NCBI GenBank assembly: GCA_951406725.2
Contig: OX597830.1
Coordinates: 70,618,001 to 70,682,000, forward strand
Direction: 5' to 3'
DNA: 64,000 nt
Origin: Octopus vulgaris
Lineage: Eukaryota
Of the stretch, positions 1 to 13,930 are shown piece after piece; within the stretch, counting starts at the first letter, position 1; every line of letters starts with the position of its first letter. Under the pieces are notes generated by a model, which saw only the letters and a list, made by a program, of their open reading frames with translations, had not been told where the DNA came from and did not search any database. A program made the position numbers and the translations under genes.

Positions 1-53
<53 letters not shown>

Positions 54-449
54 TGTATGTATACACACACACACACACAAATATATATAATATATGTGTG
101 TGTGCGAATATATATATAAATATATATACATGATATATATATATGAATATATGTGTGTGTATATGTGTGTATGCATATATAGTTGCAAGATTCATTTACA
201 GACTTTCGAACACACCATCATACAGGGTGCAGCATTATACACACGCGCACACATAAACGCACACACGCGTACAAGAACACAAACACACGCATACAAAACT
301 TTCATGAATTAATTATAATATTTTGGATGTCCCATTTATCGGCTTTTCTTTGTTGGCCACCTGTAATATTATTGTTATTATTCATTTTACTAATGATAAT
401 AATTAATAATCATATCTGTATAGATAATTTCGAATGTTTATTCATTTAG

Positions 450-830
<381 letters not shown>

Positions 831-1282
831 GCGTCTGTGTATGTACATATATATGCTTATAAATATGTAATGCATTTGTGTATGTATGCGTATATATATA
901 TATATATATATGGATATTTTTGAATCGATGTTTAAAAATACATTGCTTGGTATTAAAAGCACCTAAACACGGGTAGACATTTGTATGAGCAGTATAAGTG
1001 CAGATAATATATAAGTTACCGCGCATATATATACACATATATATATATACACATATATACATATATATTTACACGAACACACACACATACACACACACAT
1101 ATTATCAATAATATGTATGTACATATCTATATGTGTATGTATGTATATATCTATATCTATATATAATTGATAAATTTTAGGGAGTTTAACTGCTCTTTCT
1201 AGTGAGTAGGAAGTCCTATTATGGCCTTCCCTTATATGTTTGAAAATATCTATATATATGTATATATATACTTATATATATC

Positions 1283-1322
<40 letters not shown>

Positions 1323-1615
1323 TACACACATATATATATATGTATATTCATATATATATATATATACATGTATACACATGTATATACTTATATATATATA
1401 TATACATGTATATATATCATAGCCACAGCCCTTAGGCTGTGTCGTATAATGTAATAAAAGGATAAAGGAATATGTATTTGTATGTCTAGTTAATACATAA
1501 TATCCAAAATGTATTATGTTGTTTTCATGCATAATACTCTTTAATATCACGTAATATATGAGTAAAACTCAGAATGCTCCCCATCCCCGCACACATACAC
1601 TCCCCTGTATATATA

Positions 1616-1653
<38 letters not shown>

Positions 1654-1930
1654 ACACATTTATATATACATATATGCAGACTTTTAATGCAAAATTGGGA
1701 CTCAAAATATTTAGTCTTAATATCTCTAATTGATACTCCGAAAGATAAATTTCTAGTCATTTGTATATATGTATGTATGTATGTGTGTATGTATGTATGT
1801 ATGTATGTATGTATGTATGTATGTATGTATGTATGTATGTATGTATTGTATGTATGTATCTGTCTATCTATCTATCAATTTATATATACACACATACACA
1901 CATACACACACACTCTCACTCTTTTTGTGT

Positions 1931-1970
1931 TCTTTTCTGTGGAAGAGCGTAGGCTCGAAACGTTAAAGAC
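1931..1970 (+). ncRNA. Variant minimal hammerhead-like motif in a short non-microsatellite island
   Basis: TCTTTT-CTGTGGA-A-GAGC(GTAG)GCTC-GAAAC-GTT-AAAGAC; core deviates (A6>U), loopless ACGU stem III. Confidence 0.4.
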
Positions 1971-2188
1971 TTTTTCACTTCTTGACCGTTAAACTAATAC
2001 ATCTGTTTCTTGTCTACATCAGCTGTCTCCGTCTTTTGTTTTTTAATTCTCCCCCACTATGTATATATGTATATATATAAATATATATATATACATATAT
2101 ACACACTATATACTATGTATATATATATATATATATATTCACATATCTATATATCAATATTTTCTTGTCCTTCAATATGTATGCATAC

Positions 2189-2525
<337 letters not shown>

Positions 2526-2568
2526 TATATATATATATATATATATATATATAAGTTTATATGCTTGC

Positions 2569-2805
2569 AGGCGCCGTGCTGGTAGAATCGCTAGGACGCC
2601 AGGGAAATTGCTTAGCGGCATTTTGTCCCTTTTCACGTTGTGAATTCATTCTTCGTCGTGGCCAAATTTGCATTTCATCCTTTCGGAGGCGATAAAATAA
2701 GTGCTAGTTGTACTGCTACTTATCACGTAGACTAGTCTCGATATAATCGACTTACTTTCTCCACCAAAATTCCTAGTCCTGTGCCAAATCTCCATACCAG
2801 AATAA
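2569..2805 (+). mobile_element. Diverged tRNA-derived SINE, family B
   Basis: Similar to the younger AAGGCGGCGAGCTGGCAGAA...TTTGCCTTTCATCCTTTCGGGGTCGATAAA copies in this window. Confidence 0.8.
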
Positions 2806-2850
2806 ATTTATCTATATCTCTCCGTTTATTCATCTAAAACTCTATCTGTG

Positions 2851-2966
<116 letters not shown>

Positions 2967-2991
2967 CCTACCTACCTACCTACCTACCTAC

Positions 2992-3029
<38 letters not shown>

Positions 3030-3030
3030 G

Positions 3031-3069
<39 letters not shown>

Positions 3070-3142
3070 AACGAGATGACCAATCGATCGATGAGTGTGT
3101 TTATGAATGTGACTTTCAAATGACTATCTATCTCTCTATCTA

Positions 3143-3173
<31 letters not shown>

Positions 3174-3259
3174 CTAGATACATGTATGTATGTATGTATT
3201 TATGTATGTATGTATGTATGTATGTATGTATGTATGTATGTATGTATGTATGTATGTAG

Positions 3260-3294
<35 letters not shown>

Positions 3295-3297
3295 GAT

Positions 3298-3345
<48 letters not shown>

Positions 3346-3346
<1 letters not shown>

Positions 3347-3960
3347 TCATTTGAAAGTCACATTCATAAACACACTCATCGATGGATTGGTCATCTCGTT
3401 CGACTAGATAAGAGCAGACTCTAAAAACAAGAATCCTTTATGGTGAGCTGACATCTAATACGAAACCACAGCATAAATGGAAATTGCGTTTTGAGGACTG
3501 TGTGGAAGATGCTGACTTCGAATCTTCAGTGCTAAACAGAAGTATTTGGCGCACAAAAATAACTAATGGCGACAGGAATTTTCAGAAATGTCTGCAAGAA
3601 TGCCTGCAGGAATGTCTGCAAGAAAATGGAACCTGTTGATTTAAGAGTTCCACAGTTTAGATGTGATGATTGTGGCCGAGTTGACTTCACAACTCAGCTA
3701 CGCAATGATGACGAAAGGCCTCTGGTTGAATACAACAAATTTTCAATATTTAACCCTTTATGAAATCTATGTTGTAGGGGATTTTGCAACCAATCTAGCC
3801 TCGCGAGGCATATGAAAATGTGCAATCCTAGTGCTCTAATAAAGGAACATCTGATTCAATAGTTGCAAAAAAATGCCGCGTCGATAGCAAATAATGCAGG
3901 TCACTTGCTGGTTTTAAGAACGGTTCTAGTTCCTATGGCCACTTAAAAGAAAAATGAATA
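3346..3960 (+). mobile_element. RTE-clade LINE 3' fragment (degraded) with C-terminal Zn-finger remnants
   Basis: HRWIGHLVRLDKSRL*KQ/ILYGEL...KLRFEDCV, NRSIWR, FRCDDCGR, SLARHMKMC; stops and frameshifts. Confidence 0.75.
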
Positions 3961-4344
3961 GAAACAAGATAACTTGTCAGTGATAGTCATACTCGTCTAG
4001 CAACACGACAGCGATCACGTATGTATGTATGTATGTATGTATGTATGTATGTATGTATGTATGTATGTATGTATGTATGTATGTATTTATGTATGTATGT
4101 ATTTATGTATGTATGTATTTATGTATGTATGTGTGTGTATGCATGTATATATTTATGTATGTGTGTATGACATTATTCAAGATTTCTTGCCAATAGAGAG
4201 AGAGAGCTCGTTTCTAACCTAGATTCAAGGCTCCTTCATTGGAATTTCAACATCAACTTAGTATTTTTGCATGTATGTATATATGTATATGTGCAGATTT
4301 GTCTATTTTGTGGTATCTATGTATTCTAAAGCATATAGTTGCAT

Positions 4345-5095
4345 GTCTAGACTTGCTCATATATACTTAAATGATAAACTCCTGGTACGTTTTGCAGATT
4401 TTTTACAGTTTCAGTGATGAATTGGATCTGTAGACTTCGAATCAGCTTTCTCCTTCCTGGTTTTGATAAGCTTAATTTCTCAAGATTGGTATTTAGGCAG
4501 TGTTACATATTCCAGTGGCCCAATAGTTACAGGTGTAAACCTGAACTTGTAATCTGGATACAGTAGCTGTAGATTCCTCAATAATTCGGCGTAGATATTC
4601 TCATTTCCTTGATATTTAGCTTTAAGTTAACATCCGATAGGCTGCTGATTTCCACAACTGTACACAGTTTCTATTCCTTATCTCAAATTACTATGTCAGG
4701 CCTATTATCTTTGCATTTTATTGAGGCTTTCACATTCCACCAGTACTTTTTTATATTATGTTTAGCCATGGCTTCTACCATACAGTGGGTGCTTATCTCT
4801 TTAGTCTCGGTGTTATCCTTCCAACGGATCTAATTTTAGAGTGTCCTAGCTACAACATTATGTCTCATTGGTAGATAAAACCGTGATGACATTTTCGGAC
4901 TTCTTATGATATGGGTGTTAGCACCACAAAGTCTGCATCGGTTATCACATTCTGCTGCTTTTCCTGCGCCTCTGTCCCTTTGGTGTACCAGGTTTTTGGT
5001 TGATATTTCTTGTCCCTGGATTGCAAACTTATGCCCTACAAATTGAGAGTTAGGATTATGATTGTTGGTCCATGATAGACTGTTTTGATGATCAA
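4345..5095 (-). mobile_element. R4/Dong-clade LINE 3' fragment (CCHC knuckle + REL endonuclease)
   Basis: CDNRCRLCG..THII..PKMSSRFYLPMRHNVVA, WWNV..NRPDIVI*DKE*KLCTVVEIS, YAELLRNLQLLYPDYKF. Confidence 0.85.
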
Positions 5096-5130
5096 TGTTA
5101 CTATTATATGTATGTGTGTATTATTATATG

Positions 5131-5196
<66 letters not shown>

Positions 5197-5699
5197 TCAG
5201 AATTATTTATAAGAGATTATCAATTCGGGAAATTTTCGTCTCTGGCTCTTTGTAAATACAAATATACGAGGCTATCAAAATGTTTTCATATTGGTATAGA
5301 ATTTCAGGAAAACTTAAGACAAGATCAGATGTTGAAGTCCATCACCAGTCGGCCTTGTAAATCCATGATTGCACTCCCCAGGTAATATGATGTTTTTCGC
5401 TCTGGAATATACAAGAAACAGCATAAATAGTGAGCTTTTCATATTTCATATTTCATTATTTGTGCATCTTAGACTTAAAGTTGGTTCTTATTTGCATTAT
5501 ATTTGCGTTCAGAGTTATGTTTACTCAATCGGTAGATTGTTGGATGTATAGAAAAAAAACTGAATAACCTTGACAATAACAATGGGCGGACTCCGAGTGC
5601 TTCTCCTTACTAGGATTCGATTTGAGGGAAATTTAGCTTCTATTTATAGCTAGTCGAATGACTGTCGATAAACATTTTTGTTGCTGACTTATTACATTA

Positions 5700-5885
5700 G
5701 ATGAACTCTGGTGTAACAAATATATAATCCATAGCGTTCAAGCTGTGGCCATCTCTAAGCTTTTGTTTTCCAGATAGCAAATCTAGGATCGCATAATCCA
5801 AGTCTATCAATTTTCCGAGAGATATTTGACAAATGTTTGTAACAAACAAGGTGATCCAGGAGAGAATTCCTCGCCAATTCGTCGT
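5700..5885 (-). mobile_element. Possible old LINE RT fragment
   Basis: GILSWITLFVTN and DLLSGKQK resemble the WIxxFLxxRxQ motif of CR1/L2/Jockey RTs. Confidence 0.3.
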
Positions 5886-6342
5886 TGATATTGTCATCGG
5901 TGTTGTAATTATTGTTGTTGTTTTTTTATTGTTATTCCGACAACAGTTATTGTTGTTGTGCTTCTTATTGATTAGCCGTGAAGTAATCTGTTGATCGAAC
6001 TGACATATTACGATAGAGTATTCCAGCTGTGACCATTGGTCTTTTCGAAGGCTACAGTATACAATGCGTTCATTTTAAGGAGAGTGTTAACCTAATTTCT
6101 GGCGGGGTCAACGAAAACAAACAGATTCCCTCCACTTAGACAATGATTGTGCTTTATTATATATGTACTTTGAAGCATAAACATAATATTTATTTGGGCA
6201 TTAACTGTTGTACATACACAGACACAGACACGCGCATGCACACCTATATGCACATATCTTACATTTGTGTGTGTGATATATATATATATATATATATAGA
6301 GCGAGAGAGAGAGAGAGAGACACACACACACACAAACATCTA

Positions 6343-6406
<64 letters not shown>

Positions 6407-6612
6407 TGTATGTTAATGTATGTATGTATGTACCTGTGTTTGTCCGCCAACCATCGCTTGACAGCCAATGTTGGTGCGTTTACGTCCCCGCAATTTAGTG
6501 GTTTCACAAAAGAGACCGAAGTGTGTACGTACGCCGCTATATGTGTATATAAATATAATAAATGAAACAAAAACGCAATAGAGGACAATCTGTCTATCTA
6601 TCTATCTATGCA

Positions 6613-6673
<61 letters not shown>

Positions 6674-6729
6674 GTGCAGCCCTGTGTGGCTAATAAAGAA
6701 ACATATCTATCTATCTATCTATCTATCTA

Positions 6730-6841
<112 letters not shown>

Positions 6842-6846
6842 GATAC

Positions 6847-6896
<50 letters not shown>

Positions 6897-6898
<2 letters not shown>

Positions 6899-7500
6899 GC
6901 AAGTATTACCCGTAAAGGAATCCTAACGAGGAAACCGTATACATCCACAAGAGCTCAAATAACCCCCCCGATGTAATTACAAACCTGATTTCAGGCATTG
7001 GAAAACACATGTCTAATCTATCGGCCAATAGAGAGTTGCCCCCACTACAACGATGCTTCGGCTAGAAGCCGGTTTACTGAGCTCACGTATGTGAACAAAC
7101 GCCAGATGCCCTCTCTCCACCCCAAAAGGATTAGGAAAAGGAAGATTATATGGTAAAACCCCCACTTTCAACCTAGAATTTTCCACCAGGAGCTTTCTAT
7201 CATTAATTATCAAACACTACCCCAGAGGCCACAGGTATTACAAACTTTTCAGTTCCCATAATGTCAATATCGCATCTAAAATTTTCCGCATCAACAGACG
7301 TAAAAATGCATCCGCACTACCCCCAACTCCAACCTGTAACTGCTGAAACCCCACCATGTGCCCTCTAGAAGGATCCTACCTCTCAATTGCCGTAGTATAC
7401 AGAGCCACCCTTACCCGATCCGATGGTATTACTAGGCACTATACAGGTATGACAGCTAACGACTTCACGGGAAGATACTCCCAGCTTATCCACTCGTTTT
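6897..7500 (+). mobile_element. Penelope-like element, Naiad-type: RT thumb, CxCx5Cx5C linker and GIY-YIG start (pseudogenised)
   Basis: [23 protein letters not shown]; RKRKIIW*NP; CNC*NPTMCPLEGSY LSIAVVYRATL..HYTGMTANDF..RY. Confidence 0.85.
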
Positions 7501-7980
7501 CTCTAGAGAGTCTGTGACTTCCAAGATTCTCCTTGTTGATTCTTTCTTGTGTAGAGATTCTGTCTTTTCATTGGTAGAAAGGGAATATGTGAAATTTGGG
7601 ATTTTTATCTCTAGCGCAAGAGTCTATGTGGCTACTTAGTGGAATTTGACGGTATTATGGGAGATTTATCTCTTCTTTATGGACCGCTACTTTTCTACGA
7701 AAAGGAAGGCTCGTTTGTTCAACATAATTCTGTTGGCAACCGTCGCATGTGAGAACGTAGATGAGGTTCTCGGAGGAACATGAGAAGTTGGTCTTGAGTT
7801 TAAACTTTGTTCTTTGTTTGAAAGTAAATATTTTTTAACTGATGGGGTGGATGTAGTGTGTGAAGTTTGGCATTTGTTAAGAGTTTTTTCAAAGATTTAT
7901 GTTGCCTTTTGCATTTAAGGATTTTATGCGTATTGATAATATTATTCACTTTGGGGTCTGTGGACAGTAAGGGGAGGTTT
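7501..7980 (-). mobile_element. Penelope-like element, Neptune-type GIY-YIG endonuclease fragment
   Basis: KRQHKSLKKLLTNAK; FSCSSENLIYVLTCDGCQQNYVEQT..RRKVAVHKEEI..IPLSSHIDSC..FHIFPFY. Confidence 0.85.
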
Positions 7981-8032
7981 GATATATATATATATATTTA
8001 GATAGATACATACATATATACATAGATATATT

Positions 8033-8259
8033 CTTTTATTTGTTTCAGTCATCTGATTGCGGCCATGCTGGAGCACCGCCTTGAGTCGAAGAAATCGGAA
8101 CGAGGACTTATTCTGTCTAATCCTAGTACCTATTTTATCGGACTCTTTTGACGAAGCGCCAACTTACGGGGGCGTAAACAAACTAACATCGGTTGTCAAG
8201 CGATTGTGGAGGAAGGAACTGAGACACACACACACACAATATATATGCATATCTATCTG

Positions 8260-8314
<55 letters not shown>

Positions 8315-8337
8315 CTCTCTCTATCTATCTATCTATC

Positions 8338-8409
<72 letters not shown>

Positions 8410-8583
8410 AGAGAGAGAGAGAGAGAGCTTCTTTTAGCTACGGTCTACCAAATCCACTCACAAGGGTTTGATCGGCTCGAGGCTGTAGTCGTAGACACTT
8501 GCCCAAGGTGACATGCCGTGAGAATAAACCAGGAACCATGTGTTTAGGAGGCAAGTTCTTACCACACAACCACGCTTGCGCCT
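8033..8583 (-). mobile_element. tRNA-derived SINE family A with internal microsatellite (diverged)
   Basis: Matches younger copies at 39304 and 52034. Confidence 0.85.
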
Positions 8584-8590
8584 ATTCATA

Positions 8591-8656
<66 letters not shown>

Positions 8657-8935
8657 CGTTTATATTCATATTTATAACTGAACGCATTATGTCTATGTTG
8701 ACATAAACTTTTATATTTTCCACTTTAAACTCATGTTTTAATACCCATGGCCCATTTGTGAGTCTTACATGATTTTTCTTTCTTCTTTTATAACTGAAAG
8801 TTCATGAAATCATATTCAAATTTTTTGTATATTTTTATATTAATTTGTGTATATATATGTGTGTGAGTGTTTGTGTGAGTACGCATACATATAGATATAC
8901 ACACACATTTATATGTATATGTATATGTGTGTGTG

Positions 8936-8975
<40 letters not shown>

Positions 8976-9123
8976 AGAACCACCTTTTAGCAATTCAACA
9001 ATGAAATAACAATGATATAATTGAATTATACCATATAGAAAAAAATTAAATATACGACAAAACATATACCAATAATTAAGTAAAGTACAAAATAATAAAT
9101 AAAATGTTTATAATTGGTAAAAA

Positions 9124-9202
9124 GACTACACATGTTTCGTGGCTATATTTTCAAATTGATAACAGTAAAGTCAATTCAGTTACAATAGTAACACTTCAGG
9201 TC
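9124..9202 (-). ncRNA. Degraded type-I hammerhead with long stem II in an AT-rich pLTR-like island
   Basis: Minus strand: GAC-CTGAAGT-GTTACTAT...ATAGCCAC-GAAAC-ATGT-GTA-GTC; stem I GAC/GUC. Confidence 0.5.
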
Positions 9203-9372
9203 GAAAATAAAAACAATAAAATAATTAAATAAATAAATAACCGTATATAAGCTTGTGAGAAAATATAAATATATAAGAAATACGCAATTTTACAATAAAA
9301 ATCGAACGAAAAATACAATATCTTAACAAATATATTCTGTTGACTAAATCTTTAAAGTTAATACAGAGGACT

Positions 9373-9458
<86 letters not shown>

Positions 9459-9724
9459 ATGTATATGTATTCATTTTTCCATGTTTACATGTAAGACTTG
9501 TGCCACTTGCACAGGTATGCAATAATTCTACAGAATTTGGAATATTCCGAACAAAATATTCCATTGGTGTTCTGTTTTTTTATCGAATGTTTAGCTAAGG
9601 GATATTTATGCCTCATATCTTGAATATTCAAATTTTGAGGTCCTTGTTCTTTGACGATTCATCCACATTTTTTTGGACAATATCATCATCATCATCATCA
9701 TCATTATTACTATTATTATTATTA

Positions 9725-9834
<110 letters not shown>

Positions 9835-9864
9835 ATTATTATTATTATTATTTACTTTTAATTT

Positions 9865-10392
9865 GCATATTTGTTACACTCACCTGCCGCGGCGAAACAC
9901 CCAGCATCCTGGGCGAGTGAAGGATAAGAGGTGTTACAGAATGACTGAAAGCTTGAGCAGAGAGAGTGGCAAGGACAGGAGTGAAATGTCTTCATGTAGT
10001 ACAACACAGACATTTAAATGGATAGCTTTTCTAAGGATGTGGGTAGTACTTGTCAGCATAATCTTTTGGATTTCTCTGAGACATGGTTCTCCTGGGATAT
10101 TATCTAGATGTTCCTGACATCCCTTTCTTATCATGCCTAGGGCGCACAATCACAGAAAAGTTTTCACTTTAAGAAACTAAATCGTTTGTCTTTCAATTTC
10201 CAGGTCCTTATATTTACTCAATTTGTCAAGTACCTTTACAGATATATTTTTATCAGTAGGAACGTTTACATGCATTAGTCTACAAGTATTGTCTTCCCTG
10301 TCTTTAATGATTATGTCTGGTCGATTAGCCTGGATCATTCTGTCAGTTTTGACAGGAAAATCCCAGAGGATAGTCACATTTTTATCTTCAAT
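9865..10392 (-). mobile_element. R4/Dong-clade LINE 3' end embedded in (TAA)n
   Basis: ILWDFPVKTDRMIQANRPDIIIKD..KLSKYKDLEIE; ALGMIRKG..EIQKIMLTSTTHILRK; TAA repeats on both sides. Confidence 0.9.
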
Positions 10393-10408
10393 CATTATTA
10401 TTAATATC

Positions 10409-10444
<36 letters not shown>

Positions 10445-10863
10445 GCTATCATTATTATTATCATCATCATCATCATGATCATCAACATCATCATCAACAT
10501 CATCAGTAGCAGTAGTTGTTCTTGTTCGTTGTAGTGGTGTTGTTGTTGTTGTTGTTATTGGTAACGGTGGTACTGGTAGTTAATCTGTGCCTCACCATTC
10601 GAGAAGATCTATGATAAAAGACATTCCGGCCACGGCATTTCCGTCTTATATTTTCAGATATTCTGTAATTCTAAGACTTACGCCATGGCAAATGTATCCG
10701 TTCTTTCTTTCTGTTAAAACATTGAGGAATGATTTGAAGGAAAGTTTGCAGTTCTTTTTAATATGTTGATAGAGACGGTCGAAAACTCGCACCACATTTA
10801 CTAATTGTAGTAATGGCAATAATAAGTAGAATTAGTGGTAGTTGCAGTACCAACAACAACAAC

Positions 10864-10898
<35 letters not shown>

Positions 10899-11553
10899 GA
10901 GCAGTAGCAACAGTAGCAGCAGTAGTAGTAGGAGTAGTAGTCTTGTTGACGATATATTGTTGTTGTAGTAGTTGATGATGATGATGATAATGATAATGAT
11001 GAATATGATGGCGGTGGTGTTTTTGGGTGGGGAGTCTTGTATCTTGGGTCTCAGTAAACAGACTGTCAAGACGATCACCAAGAAAGTTGTCACATCAAAG
11101 ACCTACCAGACGATACTCTATATTTATGACCAAACAACAAAGAGTTAACTGTTTATATAAAAACTTACTGAAAATACAGCCATTTTATTGCTTCTTATAT
11201 CTACGTTTCTTCTACAATCTGCCGCTTGTCTACATGTAAGTCCCACACTCACACACACGTACACACATGCGTACACACACATATGTGTATATAAAGATCG
11301 ATAGACAGATAGCTAGCAACATAGCTACATATATGTATTCTCTATCTGGTTATCTATCTCTGAGAGTGAGTGAGAAACAGACACATCCATAAACAGCTTG
11401 TAGAGAAGAATAAAGACAATAAAATTCTGTTCGCTATATATGTATATATATGTATATGTATTTATATATGTATATGTATTTATGTATGTATATATATATA
11501 TGTATTCATGTATATATATATAAATGTGTGTGTATGTGTATATCTATCTATCG

Positions 11554-11585
<32 letters not shown>

Positions 11586-12357
11586 CTCTATATATACATC
11601 CGAAAATACATACATATATACACATATATATTTCCAGCCAGCGGTTCAACCATGATGCTCCTCACAAAACTGTGCCAAGATCTCTGTTACTGATAATTTT
11701 GGTAGATCATCCTTTAATGTTATGTGTCTTCCTGTAATATCCAACTAAATGAATGATCTTTCTACCTACATTTTGTACACATTCCCCTCTCACACACGTA
11801 TATGTATATACATAGATACATACATACGCACACACACACACACTTTCAAAGCGTCCAATAAGACTATACTTGTTCCACGTCCTCGCGTTGTTGTGTTTTT
11901 CCTCTTTGTTCATGTTTGCAGTAACTATATATAAATATATGGATGGATTCACCTTCTCTGTGAAGCTAACAAGCTTTTTTAAAGCCTGTTATAAGACTGT
12001 GCATCATCATTAGAGAACTTTGGAAGTATGCTTACATTCTAAATTTGCTTTTTATAGAACTATCTCCGATACTTCATGAGTGTAGCCTCACCCACTAGGA
12101 TGCTTGGAGAACTCATATGTGTTTTGGCTGATGAGTACGGGACACTTGTATTTGCTGCAATATTTGCAGCTTTTAATAAAGCTTGTCTTCGTATGAAACA
12201 ATTGTACTGAAAAACTAATCCATTCTTGTTGCTTTTTTCTCGTTTATGATCACCCCACATTATTGTATGGTTAATACCATATAGTTTTCTGGTGCATCTA
12301 AGTTAAGTACCGCATTCAAGTGAATTCAATAGAACTCACTTGAATCTTAATTGCTTT

Positions 12358-12401
<44 letters not shown>

Positions 12402-12581
12402 TTATTTCACATGAGATCCAGAAAATTCTCCGTATAAAGACAGTAGAGCTCAAAAGATTCAAACTTAGACTCCAATTTAGTGGATCGATTCCACAAGGTA
12501 AAAACAAGGCTAAAAGAGTGCACAAGTTGAGCGGGTAAAGAAGAAATTATGCGCGGATAAACAAATTGCATACATCAAATA

Positions 12582-12975
12582 TCTTTATATATAAAAGTAC
12601 GGTTGTGTGCTGTCTGTCTCCACCGATTTAGATTCCTAACTACTCCCACATTTTGCGGTGTAGTTTAACCAAAACCGGGTATCTTATAGTCGTGATTCAT
12701 ATCGAGCCCTTCTGGGTATTAGCGCGCGTCTACGATGAGTCTACGATTTTAAAAATAATTTACCATCAATTTTTCCCATTTTAATGCATTTTTGGCATAT
12801 ATAAGGGAAGTAACTCTCTAAAAATTTATTATTAAATCTCAGAACGTAAAAAGCTACAGTAACACACCCCTTTGTGGTTAGCCATATTGAGATGGCTATT
12901 ATACTTTACATCTCAAAAAATGCTTATATAGTTATTTCCCTTACAAACCCGAGCAACGCCGGGCGATACTGCTAG
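12582..12975 (+). mobile_element. Non-autonomous Helitron (394 bp)
   Basis: A|TC 5' end (TCTTTATATATAAAAG), subterminal hairpin CCCGAGCAACGCCGGG at 12948-12963, CTAG|T 3' end, no TSD. Confidence 0.9.
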
Positions 12976-13732
12976 TATTAAGTATATTAGTTCAGGTATG
13001 AAAAAAAAAATATGTACTACATGGAAAATAGTGAGCAACAGAAATAATATTCTTAGGATTATAAACCTGGAAAATTACAGGGCAAGTTATTACTCCTGGA
13101 AAAGTTCAGGATAACTCATTACATCTGGTAAAGTACAGAACAAGAAAATTTTAACTTAAAATATTGCAGCTAAGGATAAAATTTCAAATAAAATATTTAG
13201 AGTTAGAAAATATTGGCCTCACTAAAACTAAAAATGTTATTACAAATTATTACTTCTATTTGTTACTACTTGCTACTTCTATTAAAAATTTTAAAAAACA
13301 ACTAAAAAAATTTTGCACTTTAAAATATTCATTTTTAAAATTATTAATTAATAATTAGAAGGTTGTAAAATAATAATAGTGTACAATAAATAGAATAATA
13401 CAAAAATTAGTTATATATTACAGTCAAATCTACCTATTACAATAAATTCACAGAAAAATTTTCTTGAGTTATTGTCAAGTCTTCACATTTTTAGACTTGA
13501 TCCAATGCCTATTGAATTTACCGACCATATATACGATTCTACTTTGCATTGCATAAAACGTTAGCTATACAGGTACTTCTGGCCCTCATTTTGAAAGTAT
13601 TCTAGGGTATCAATATTTTAACAAAATGATGGTACCTTTTATAATTATAAAGTTACTTTGTAAATTAAAATCGAATAATTTTTAATATTCAAATTTTACC
13701 CTTAGCTGCAATATTTTAAGTAAAACTTTTCT

Positions 13733-13930
13733 TACATTATTTACATTATTTGCAATCGACGGATATTTTCCCTCATCTTATTATTATCATTATTATTATT
13801 ATTATTATCATTATTATTATTATTCAGGTCACTGGAATCGAACTCGGAATCTTGGAGTTAGTAGGCCGCGCTCTTAACGCCAGGATTCCGAGTTCGATTC
13901 CAGGCAGTGACCTGAATAATAATAATATTA
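13733..13930. mobile_element. Internally deleted copy of the tRNA-head/(AAT)n/HHR palindromic element
   Basis: Shares the tail TACATTATTTACATT..CGACGGATATTT..CCTCATCTT and the tRNA head GATTCCGAGTTCGATTCC..GTGACCTGAA in inverted pair with 53624-54129. Confidence 0.8.

Noticed and set aside
5265-5295. Mariner-like TIR start TACGAGGCTATCAAAA
   Set aside because: No matching second TIR or transposase remnant found nearby.
7335-7379. In-frame TGA in the Naiad Zn-linker as selenocysteine (some Naiads encode selenoproteins)
   Set aside because: The TGA (7344-7346) follows the second Cys rather than replacing one and fits CGA>TGA decay; the copy has other stops and a Cys>Tyr change.
12127-12150. 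CTGATGAG as a hammerhead core
   Set aside because: No downstream GAAA/NUH in a suitable position.
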